A stretch of 32,000 bases of DNA from contig NC_003450.3 in the NCBI RefSeq assembly GCF_000011325.1, forward strand, positions 1,230,001 to 1,262,000. The letters are read 5' to 3'. The stretch is from Corynebacterium glutamicum ATCC 13032 (GTDB taxonomy: Bacteria > Actinomycetota > Actinomycetes > Mycobacteriales > Mycobacteriaceae). This document shows positions 24,734-32,000 of this stretch, in pieces. How positions within the stretch are numbered: the first letter of the stretch is position 1; every line of letters starts with the position of its first letter. The notes beneath the pieces were generated by a model that worked only from the letters and a program-made list of their open reading frames with translations, did not search any database and was not told where the DNA came from. Both the position numbers and the translations under genes were made by a program.

Positions 24734-26602
24734 TTAAAGGTCGAACATTTCCTTGATTGCTGGTGGGAAACCAAACTGGGTGAATGCACCGAAGATCAGT
24801 GCTGCAATGCCACCCAGGGCTGCCACGATGGCAAGAATTCCGCCAGCAGAAGAGCCAGTTTCCTTTACGTCATCAGAAGGTGCGCCTGTAGTAATCACGA
24901 CAGAGCCGTTGTCGTAGCTCACCTGAGCGTCAACTGCGCCATCAACAATAACCTCATCAAATTCACCGGAAATTGATGCAGCATCGATCACGGTGACGTG
25001 GTTGGTGCCAACAGGAAGGGCAACGTGCAGAGTTCCTCCCAGGTTTGCGGTTCCATCCACGGTGACAGGCTGGGTGATCTTCAAGGTTGCACCATCGTTG
25101 ATGGTGAGATCGCCTGCTCCCAGAGCTGACTCAGTTGCAGCAACCAAGGTGCCCGCGGTGATGGTGGTTCCACCGGTGTAGGAGTTGTCACCTGACAGGG
25201 TGAGTTCACCGGAACCGTTCTTGGTCAGGGATCCTGCGCCCTCGATGTCGTTTTGCCAGTTGTCTTTGGCGTTGTAGCCACCGTCGATGGCATTCATGGT
25301 GACGTCAACGTTGGTATCGAATGCACTGTAGCCAGCCTGGGCAGCGTAGAGGTTGAGACGGCCCCAACCTTCGGCATCATCAAGTACTGGGAAACCGGAC
25401 TCGAGGCCAGTGGAATGTAGAACCCAACGGCGCTGTTCGTCATCAAGGTACGGAAGGCGGGTTTCCAGCAGAGCCTCAGCTCCCTTTGGCACGCGCATGT
25501 CTTGGGTGGTGTCGCCGGACTGCTCGAAGCCGAAGGTGAGGAAGTTGGTGTACTCGGCGAGTTGCTCATCAAAATCGCGAGTGTTGGTGGTGATGTCGCT
25601 CTGGTTACTGATCCATGCCTGAGCATCATCGAAGGCTTCAGCCTTCACCGAGTCGAGATTCGGATCATTAAGTGCACCTGCAGTAATCGCGGTGGATAGA
25701 ACACGGCCGCCAATAACATCAAGCGGAGAGTGCATGCCCAGCTGGATGCGGCTTTCGCCGATTTCCGCTGCAGTCATGAGCAGTTTATCGTATTGCTGTG
25801 GGAAAGCGTAAGCCAGGCCGTTGGTTGCCATGCCGCCTGCGGAGGTGTGTCCGGAAGGGAAACCGCCATCGCTGGCAGCTTCGGATTCATCCTTGCGCAG
25901 TGGGTTTGCATACTCTGGCATGTCAACGCCCTCGCCCCAGGCTTCTGGTTCGATGGATTCAGTCCAGCGGTAGGGGCGTGGGTATTGGTAGTACGCCTTG
26001 GCATTGTTGCTGGTTGCGGCATGCTGACGGATAGCTTCAATTAGATCAACAGTGGATCCGAGTTCTCCACCGGTCTCTGCCCAATTGCCATTCACATTGC
26101 CGCCATCGTTGTACTTCACGGTGGTGGCATCAGCTGGAACAACGTCAGGGATGGTGGTGCCCACCTGTGCGGTCTCGCGGTAACTATCTGCGTATGCGCC
26201 AAGACCGTCGGTTGCGGTGTAGTTCTGGTTGCGGCGATCAATAACCCAAGCACGTTCTTGCTGAGCATCGGTCGCCTGCTGGGAGATTGCCACAGACTGT
26301 GCGATGTTGGAATCCAGCACGGTGGGGTCAACCTTGACGCCGGTGTTCCATTCTTCGCCTGGGGTCCACAGCTCAAGCATTTCCTCCAGTACGCCAACAG
26401 CTGCATTACTTGATGGATTCAGATCAGTGGAAACGTTGGTGTCCCATGCATCAACGTAGTAGCCGTAGCTGGCGGTATGTGGGGCGATGGCGGAGGCATC
26501 GAGAAGCGCTGGCTCCTGGGCGGACGCTGCGGGAACGGTGATGATCGTTGATGCCAGTGCGGTGCATAGGACGAGGCCAAGTGGCCGGGAAGAGGGGCGC
26601 AT
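24734..26602 (-). CDS. secreted, membrane-anchored PAP2-family phosphatase with a C-terminal autotransporter-type beta-strand (PATR-like) repeat region
   Basis: The PAP2 motifs are complete: KAYYQYPRP (KX6RP), PSGHTS, SRIQLGMHSPLD (SRX5HX3D). The likely start is ATG 26602, giving signal peptide MRPSSRPLGLVLCTALASTIITVPAASAQ. The PATR-like segment is KNGSGELTLSGDNSYTGGTTITAGTLVAA, and the C-terminal hydrophobic helix is GGILAIVAALGGIAALIFGAF. Confidence 0.85.
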   Translation of the reverse strand: MRPSSRPLGLVLCTALASTIITVPAASAQEPALLDASAIAPHTASYGYYVDAWDTNVSTDLNPSSNAAVGVLEEMLELWTPGEEWNTGVKVDPTVLDSNIAQSVAISQQATDAQQERAWVIDRRNQNYTATDGLGAYADSYRETAQVGTTIPDVVPADATTVKYNDGGNVNGNWAETGGELGSTVDLIEAIRQHAATSNNAKAYYQYPRPYRWTESIEPEAWGEGVDMPEYANPLRKDESEAASDGGFPSGHTSAGGMATNGLAYAFPQQYDKLLMTAAEIGESRIQLGMHSPLDVIGGRVLSTAITAGALNDPNLDSVKAEAFDDAQAWISNQSDITTNTRDFDEQLAEYTNFLTFGFEQSGDTTQDMRVPKGAEALLETRLPYLDDEQRRWVLHSTGLESGFPVLDDAEGWGRLNLYAAQAGYSAFDTNVDVTMNAIDGGYNAKDNWQNDIEGAGSLTKNGSGELTLSGDNSYTGGTTITAGTLVAATESALGAGDLTINDGATLKITQPVTVDGTANLGGTLHVALPVGTNHVTVIDAASISGEFDEVIVDGAVDAQVSYDNGSVVITTGAPSDDVKETGSSAGGILAIVAALGGIAALIFGAFTQFGFPPAIKEMFDL

Positions 26603-26847
26603 GATGTCTTTCAAAGTGAAGGGGTCCCACAGTGCCTGTTGAGTTTTTATGAAAAAAGCTGGCGCTGGGGCCACGAACTTAAAGGAGAGGGAGCCTTGAG
26701 AAAAGGGCCCGGCGGATTAAGTTAGGCTTCCCACGTGTCCATTAAGTTAACTTTGCAATACTTGTTAATTAACTTGTAAACATAGTTTTGTGGAGCGTGT
26801 TATTTCTCTTTAAAAACTTGTTGTACGTTCAGCGCACCTCAAATTAG

Positions 26848-27858
26848 CTACACCGATGCAGGCCACAGGTATTTCAAGATGTGATCCCAAGTTATTACAC
26901 CAAGCACCGTTTTCCCATCAGCGGAAAGCACCGCACTGATCTGCTCGTTATGCTCCCGCATGTATTCCAGCGCTTGGTGTAACGTGTCGGTCTCAGCAAC
27001 GGTGAGGATTGGGCGAGACCACTTCGAAGCCTTCTCGTCTGGCGAGGCACCAAGGGTGTCTCGCACATGAATGACGTGTGGGAAAAGGTGGGAGGGGGCG
27101 TCGATAAGCACACGCAAGCTGCCACTGCGCTGAGCTGCGGCTTGCACCTCAGCAACCGTGGCGCTGGCGCTGTGCGTAAATGGAGATGCGGTCAGGGTTT
27201 GACCGACCGTGATTTTATCCAGCTTGATAATTCCGCTGATTTGGGCGGCGGATTGCTGATCCAGAGCGCCAGTTTCTCGGGAATGCTCAATGAGGGCATG
27301 GAGGGTATCGGTGTCATAGCCACCAGCTGCAGCTCGATCAACGGGAGTTTCACCAACTTTGCGGACCAAATCGTTCGCCATTTTGTTGATCCACTGCAGC
27401 AATGGACGAAACAGGTTAATGAAGCCCCGTGCGGGAATCGCGATAGTTCGAAGTGCCGTCTCCGGATGCGCGATTGCCCAGGATTTCGGAGCCATTTCGC
27501 CGATGACCAAGTGCAGAAACGTTACGATAAACAGCGACAAAATAAACGCAATGACATCTGCCATAACCAGCGGTATACGCGCCCATTCGAAGAGCGGCAT
27601 CAAAGCATAATGAACCCACGGCTTCGTGATAGCACCCAACGCGAAAGTCACCATGGTGATTCCCAACTGCGCGCCCGCGAGCATGAGAGTAAGTTCATTG
27701 AGGCTTCGCAACGCAGCGCGGGAAGACCGCGAGGTTTCCACAGTCTCCTCTAACCGGTTCCGCCTAGCTGCAAGCAAAGCGAACTCAATGATGACGAAAA
27801 ACGCAGACAGCGCGATGAGTAGAATAGTGGCGGGTAAAACGACATACCATTCAGTCAT
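26848..27858 (-). CDS. DUF21 (CNNM) membrane protein with degenerate CBS region, no CorC_HlyC tail
   Basis: 336 aa. N-terminal DUF21 pattern (LIALSAFFVIIEFALLAARRNRLEE...GEMAPKSWA). A paralogue of the upstream gene, lying 3 nt after its stop. Confidence 0.85.
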   Translation of the reverse strand: MTEWYVVLPATILLIALSAFFVIIEFALLAARRNRLEETVETSRSSRAALRSLNELTLMLAGAQLGITMVTFALGAITKPWVHYALMPLFEWARIPLVMADVIAFILSLFIVTFLHLVIGEMAPKSWAIAHPETALRTIAIPARGFINLFRPLLQWINKMANDLVRKVGETPVDRAAAGGYDTDTLHALIEHSRETGALDQQSAAQISGIIKLDKITVGQTLTASPFTHSASATVAEVQAAAQRSGSLRVLIDAPSHLFPHVIHVRDTLGASPDEKASKWSRPILTVAETDTLHQALEYMREHNEQISAVLSADGKTVLGVITWDHILKYLWPASV

Positions 27859-27861
27859 GGC

Positions 27862-29265
27862 TTAGCGATTCTCCTTCGGAGCGGGGTGATTGTCTGGGTG
27901 GTCTTCGAGCAGAGCGAGCGCCAGTTTTACAGGCACGTTTCGCTCTACCTCTAAAACAGTGATGCGCAAAATACGCTGCGTAGGGGAGGTGTTGTTCAGG
28001 TAATCCTCTGGCTCAAAATCCAGAGGTATTTCTATGACATCCCCAGTCTTTAGAAGGGCATTCGCATGGTCAAAGAGCAGTCCAGAAATCGTCTCGTAAT
28101 CGCCTTCAGGTAGCTCGTACCCGATGGCGCGCTCAACCTCGTCAAGAGGGGTATCGCCATCAATTAGCCATTTGTCAGGGCTCGTTTCCGTAATATCTTC
28201 AGAGCTGAAAACATCGTGCTCATCGTTGATATCGCCGAGGACTTCCTCAGCTAAATCTTCTAATGTCACAATGCCAATGAATCCACCGTATTCATCAATC
28301 ACGCAAGCAAGCCTGTCTTCACGATTGTGCAGTTCGGTCACCACGTCAGGCAAAGACATAAACTCTGGAACGATCACAGGCTGATGCATGAACTCAGTGA
28401 CTTTCGCGGAATCTGAAATTTCGGCGCCGTGAATATCGGTTCCAAGAATATCAATCAGATTGATCACCCCAATGGGCACATGGTTGTCATCGATGATGGG
28501 GTAACGCGTATGCGCTTTCCTCATGAGGGCCTTAACCTCAGCGATGGTTGTCTCCGGATCAACCACACCCACACGCGAACGCGGAATCATTGCATGACCC
28601 ACATCATGCGACGGGAAATCCAACAATCGATCAAGCGACAAAGACATCGAATTATTTAAAACGCCACTATCCCTAGATGACGCCACAATATGCGGAAGGT
28701 CTTGTGCAGTGGCAGACGAATCAACATCTTCCACCGGCTCTATTCGAAAGAGTCGAAGCAATGCGTTGGATGCAAAATCAAAGAATGTGATCAACCAACC
28801 AGCGAGTTTCAAATACCACGTGGTCGAAGGCGCAAGCGCCAGCGCAGACTTCAACGGCGTGGCAAGGGTGTAGTTCTTAGGGAAGAGTTCACCAAAAATC
28901 ATTTGGACAACCGTGGAGATCGCTAGCGCCAACACAGTGCCCACAGAGATTGACACCGCAGCGGGAACCCCCACCCCTCCTAGCAGAACACCTAACGCGT
29001 TACCCACCAGAGGTTCGGCCACAAAACCCACCAAAAGTCCGGTGACGGTGATACCCAATTGCGCACCAGAAAGCATAAAGGATGTGCGCTTAGTGATGCT
29101 GAGAGCGCGACGAGCCTTCTTATCTCCAGAGTCAGCGAGAGCTCGCAGCTCATTTCGATCAACGGACATGTAGGCAAATTCCTGAGCCACAAAATATCCG
29201 TTGAGGACGATGATCACCCCAATGACCACCAAACCAGCAATTAAAGACAAAACAGCTGTTAACAA
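27862..29265 (-). CDS. CNNM/CorC-family membrane protein (DUF21 + CBS pair + CorC_HlyC transporter-associated domain)
   Basis: 467 aa with DUF21 (NGYFVAQEFAYMSVDRNELRAL...GELFPKNYT), a CBS pair, and the C-terminal CorC_HlyC pattern WLIDGDTPLDEVERAIGYELPEGDYETISGLL. TTG start after AGGTGGA. Confidence 0.9.
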   Translation of the reverse strand: MLTAVLSLIAGLVVIGVIIVLNGYFVAQEFAYMSVDRNELRALADSGDKKARRALSITKRTSFMLSGAQLGITVTGLLVGFVAEPLVGNALGVLLGGVGVPAAVSISVGTVLALAISTVVQMIFGELFPKNYTLATPLKSALALAPSTTWYLKLAGWLITFFDFASNALLRLFRIEPVEDVDSSATAQDLPHIVASSRDSGVLNNSMSLSLDRLLDFPSHDVGHAMIPRSRVGVVDPETTIAEVKALMRKAHTRYPIIDDNHVPIGVINLIDILGTDIHGAEISDSAKVTEFMHQPVIVPEFMSLPDVVTELHNREDRLACVIDEYGGFIGIVTLEDLAEEVLGDINDEHDVFSSEDITETSPDKWLIDGDTPLDEVERAIGYELPEGDYETISGLLFDHANALLKTGDVIEIPLDFEPEDYLNNTSPTQRILRITVLEVERNVPVKLALALLEDHPDNHPAPKENR

Positions 29266-29425
29266 GATTCCACCTGCCTCAACACAAATAGATTAGTGTG
29301 GACAGGCCAGATAGATCGTGCGGGAGGCTCCATGCGGAGTCTAAACCTCATTCATTCAAGTCGGTGATGCCCCGTGTTCGGGAATATGAAAGAGTGTACA
29401 GAAAAAGCAGAGCTCACGTTTCTCA

Positions 29426-29989
29426 TCAGTGGGCTTTAGGGAGCGTTACGTTGCCCAATACCTCCAGTTCAGCCACCGTATCGTAGTCTTTTTCAGTGCC
29501 ATCGCCACCCACTTCCACAATGTGTCCCGCTTGCTTCAGTAACGCTTTTGCCGGTCGATTTCTAGTCTCGCCCAGGCTGTGAATCACCGCTTCTAGGCTG
29601 CCACTTCTCCACAGCGCGCACAACGGTTGTACCCAGCCATCGGCAGCAAGGGTTACGGCCACATCGGCTTTGCCAATCTGTGCCTGAAGTAGGGGCAGCA
29701 TCGCTGCAGAATAAGGCGCGTCCACGGCAAGAATCGCAGTGAATTCATGGGCGTGCTCAAAAGAATTCAGCCCTGCCTCGATTCCCGCGACCGGCCCGCC
29801 AAGCGGAGGTTCCTCGCAGACAGTCGTGATTCCGTCGATGATCGCGGGGGAAACCACCACGACGTCATCTTCTGGATCCAGCTGTGAAAGCAGGATATCC
29901 AGCAGCGTGCGACCATCCACCGCCACAGCAGCCTTATCCACCCCACCCATGCGTTTACCCTCGCCACCAGCAAGAATGATGATATTCAT
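29426..29989 (-). CDS. mobA: molybdenum cofactor guanylyltransferase
   Basis: 187 aa. The N-terminal MNIIILAGGEGKRMGGVDKA motif is typical of MobA. The start directly abuts the moeA stop (TAAATG). Confidence 0.9.
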   Translation of the reverse strand: MNIIILAGGEGKRMGGVDKAAVAVDGRTLLDILLSQLDPEDDVVVVSPAIIDGITTVCEEPPLGGPVAGIEAGLNSFEHAHEFTAILAVDAPYSAAMLPLLQAQIGKADVAVTLAADGWVQPLCALWRSGSLEAVIHSLGETRNRPAKALLKQAGHIVEVGGDGTEKDYDTVAELEVLGNVTLPKAH

Positions 29990-31201
29990 TTACATTCTCC
30001 CCAGCACAACATCAACCAGACCGTCCTCGGCAATCGACGAAGTCACCAGTGCAATACCGCCACTTCCAGCCAGTGCACCGACCATATGGGATCGATGTGC
30101 CTGAGAATTTGCCATTCTTTTCTCCCAATCAATCGCCACCGGTATCGCCAATACGGCGCCCTCCCGCGCCTTCAGCGCCCGGTTCGAGCGCAGCGCCACC
30201 ACAGGGAGTTCGCTTATCGACGCCAGCCTCTTTCCACCCCCTAATCTCTCAATTACCGGAACAACAAAGAGCCTAAAACTAACCCACGCCGCCACCGGGT
30301 TTCCCGGCAGACACACCACTTTTGCGTCGCCCCACTGCCCATGACCTTGCGGTTTACCCGGCTTCATCGCAATGGGGAAGAATTCAAAACCACCAGTCTT
30401 AGTTCCCACGGCTTTGACCACATCGAACGCGCCCGCCGAGATCCCACCCACAGTGATGATCACATCCGCAACCTCTGCAGCCTTATCGAGCGTCTCCCTC
30501 AATGCAGTCTCAGAATCATCGGAATGGAAATGCTGCGGATCCTTAATCCCCACGCGTTTTAGCTCCGCAACCAGCATCGGCCCATTGGAATTAGGGATAC
30601 CCCAGGGATTTCCCTGGTTTAGCTCATCACCGGTAGTGATCACCGCAACCCGAGGGCAAGGATGGGCTTTTACAGTGTCATGGCCAACTGAAATCACCGT
30701 CGACACAGTACCCGCATCAAATGCCGTCCCCGCAGCAACCGCAATTTCGCCTTCTTTAAGATGCTCACCAGCATGGCGAATATTATTCCTCTCACCTGGT
30801 AGCTCATTGATCGTGATTTCTGTAGGAAGCGAGTGATCCACCGGAGCATTGGTGAGCTCCACTGGAACCACGATCATGTCCTTGTTGGTGGATGGGACGG
30901 GTCCACCTGTCATCACACGGATGGCTTTTCCATTATTAATGCTCGCCGGCGCAGAACCCGCCGGAGTATCACCGCCCACAAGAAATGTCCACGGCCCGCT
31001 GCCATGGATGTCTTCTTTCAAAATGGCGTAACCATCAACAGCAGAATTAGTAAATTTCGGGATAGGAATTGTCGCGACAACATCCTCTGCAAGGTGACTT
31101 AACGGATGCGCGCCGAGGATAGGGGTTTTTACTGGCGGAAGCGGTGCGACGCTGTCTATCAAAATGGAAAGATAGTCATCGACGCTGCGTTGCTGTGCCA
31201 C
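29990..31201 (-). CDS. moeA: molybdopterin molybdenumtransferase
   Basis: MoeA domains (RSVDDYLSIL..., TVGGISAGAFDVVK). I prefer the GTG start at 31201, which has an AAAGGGG RBS 6 nt upstream. The track start at 31258 is a TTG without an RBS. Confidence 0.88.
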   Translation of the reverse strand: MAQQRSVDDYLSILIDSVAPLPPVKTPILGAHPLSHLAEDVVATIPIPKFTNSAVDGYAILKEDIHGSGPWTFLVGGDTPAGSAPASINNGKAIRVMTGGPVPSTNKDMIVVPVELTNAPVDHSLPTEITINELPGERNNIRHAGEHLKEGEIAVAAGTAFDAGTVSTVISVGHDTVKAHPCPRVAVITTGDELNQGNPWGIPNSNGPMLVAELKRVGIKDPQHFHSDDSETALRETLDKAAEVADVIITVGGISAGAFDVVKAVGTKTGGFEFFPIAMKPGKPQGHGQWGDAKVVCLPGNPVAAWVSFRLFVVPVIERLGGGKRLASISELPVVALRSNRALKAREGAVLAIPVAIDWEKRMANSQAHRSHMVGALAGSGGIALVTSSIAEDGLVDVVLGRM

Positions 31202-31384
31202 TTGAAACCCCTTTTTCGACAATAAACACTCAAATATATAGGGTAGTTGCCAAATCAATAGTTCGCGCTGTTTTAAGAGGTTGAGATTCTCAAACGGGTG
31301 TTTGTATAGATCACATTGCGATCATGCCTTAGACGCGATTCTGAGAGGGCAAGTTTTTTGAGTTCCGGTTCCAATTTTAAGCTC

Positions 31385-31668
31385 GACCAAACCACAGTGC
31401 CCACGAACTGGAAATTCGACAACTCTGGGCATTTGTGTCTGGTTTCAAGCCGTCGAAACCAGACCACGCTGCCCATGAACCGGGAAAACCTGAGCCGTGG
31501 GCAGTGTGGTTTGGTCATGGCGTTCGAATGCTGATTCGGGCCAGACAGGCGTGACAAGATTGGCGAAAAGTCTATGATTTTGGCACACCTGTCCGGTTAT
31601 CGGGACCAAAAACCAGACACACGTGCCAAAAGCTGTGGAAATTCTCGAATCTTGTCACGCCTGTCTGG
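31385..31668. repeat. array of eight alternately oriented ~21-bp repeats (four ~62-bp hairpin units) between moaA and moeA
   Basis: The eight copies alternate orientation (minus = reverse complement of plus), in this order: 31385-31405(-), 31426-31446(+), 31455-31475(-), 31496-31516(+), 31541-31561(-), 31578-31598(+), 31611-31631(-), 31648-31668(+). The consensus is roughly TKGKCA-N4-6-TG-TCTGGTT. Arm pairs 31385/31496 match 20/21 and 31541/31648 match 21/21. Confidence 0.8.
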
Positions 31669-31684
31669 TTGGGGCTGGTATGGG

Positions 31685-32000
31685 CTAGCCACCGATGGCA
31701 GACATGGGGCGATCTGGTTGGAGGAAGCCTTCATCGTCGATGCCATGGCCGGGTTTCTTCTCCCACATGGCGCCTGCCCACAGTTGCGCGAGCTCATCGT
31801 CGGAGGCGCCGTCGCGAAGCGCGTCACGTAGGGGAGTTTCAGTGCGGGAGAAAAGGCAGTTTCGGATGGTGCCGTCGGTGGTGAGGCGGGAGCGATCGCA
31901 ATCTCCGCAAAATGGGTGCGTCACCGAGGCGATGATGCCGATTTGTCCAGTGATATCAGGGTTGGATTTATCTACCACATTCCACAGCGCAGCAGGTGCA
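31685..32000 (-). CDS. moaA: GTP 3',8-cyclase (radical SAM Moco biosynthesis protein A), C-terminal part only; gene continues past the window edge
   Basis: C-terminal MoaA pattern [24 protein letters not shown]. The frame stays open upstream of the track start to base 32000 (..[15 protein letters not shown]..). Confidence 0.85.
   Translation of the reverse strand, partial: APAALWNVVDKSNPDITGQIGIIASVTHPFCGDCDRSRLTTDGTIRNCLFSRTETPLRDALRDGASDDELAQLWAGAMWEKKPGHGIDDEGFLQPDRPMSAIGG

Noticed and set aside
31202-31384. A Moco riboswitch upstream of moeA or downstream of moaA.
   Set aside because: I could not recognise the conserved Moco-motif core or its characteristic multi-stem junction. The structured part of the spacer is explained by the repeat units instead. 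A covariance-model scan (Rfam Moco RNA motif) would settle it.
31578-31631. Sigma-54-like promoter elements (TGGCACACCTGTCC and TGGCACGTGTGTCTGG resemble TGGCAC-N5-TTGC).
   Set aside because: Actinobacteria, including Corynebacterium, lack RpoN. The -12 element TTGC is not matched. The sequences are simply copies of the repeat family.
31385-31668. Could the moaA-moeA repeat array be a CRISPR array?
   Set aside because: The repeats alternate in orientation, diverge from each other, are only ~21 bp long, and have 8-24-bp linkers rather than uniform 30-40-bp spacers. There are no cas genes in the window.
31273-31831. ORFs 31273-31557(-), 31316-31534(+), 31574-31831(+) and 31597-31827(-).
   Set aside because: They are generated by the symmetric repeat array, which is open on both strands, or overlap the moaA 3' end. 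None has an RBS or a recognisable product.

Overview
This window reads as ordinary core chromosome of a Corynebacterium glutamicum-type actinobacterium. I recognise the Hom protein sequence ([30 protein letters not shown]...) and the gene order. Left to right: a MarR-family regulator (cut by the window edge), a PspC-domain protein and a hypothetical protein. Next come a Crp/FNR-family regulator, an HMA metallochaperone and a P1B-type ATPase, then a RelP/RelQ-like small alarmone synthetase, tRNA-Arg(CCG) and a secreted S33 alpha/beta hydrolase. These are followed by argS-lysA, a small orphan two-gene unit, hom-thrB, and the minus-strand nitrate-respiration block narKGHJI-arnR. The right end holds mog, a surface PAP2 phosphatase, a pair of DUF21/CBS (CNNM/CorC-like) membrane proteins, and mobA-moeA-moaA (moaA runs off the right edge). 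I found no transposase, integrase, CRISPR array, prophage or recognisable defence system, and no convincing novel multi-gene system. The observations most worth follow-up are listed here. (1) Eight alternately oriented copies of a ~21-bp motif, forming four hairpin units, fill the moaA-moeA intercistronic gap in a BIME/REP-like arrangement. (2) Two near-identical 24-bp promoter modules carry FNR-type boxes (TTGAT-N4-GTCAA and TTGAC-N4-GTCAA) at the same spacing from TAnnnT -10 hexamers, upstream of the HMA chaperone and the ATPase and next to a Crp/FNR regulator with an FNR-like E-x-x-S-R recognition helix. The ATPase has CPG instead of CPC and no N-terminal metal-binding domain. (3) The alarmone synthetase appears to carry a 3' deletion plus frameshift. 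(4) A ~140-bp imperfect palindrome built from GAAGTC/GACTTC units lies next to an orphan small-ORF plus 201-aa operon between lysA and hom. (5) ArnR-type boxes occur in front of arnR itself. All regulatory calls rest on motif reading only; I could not run any search or folding calculation.
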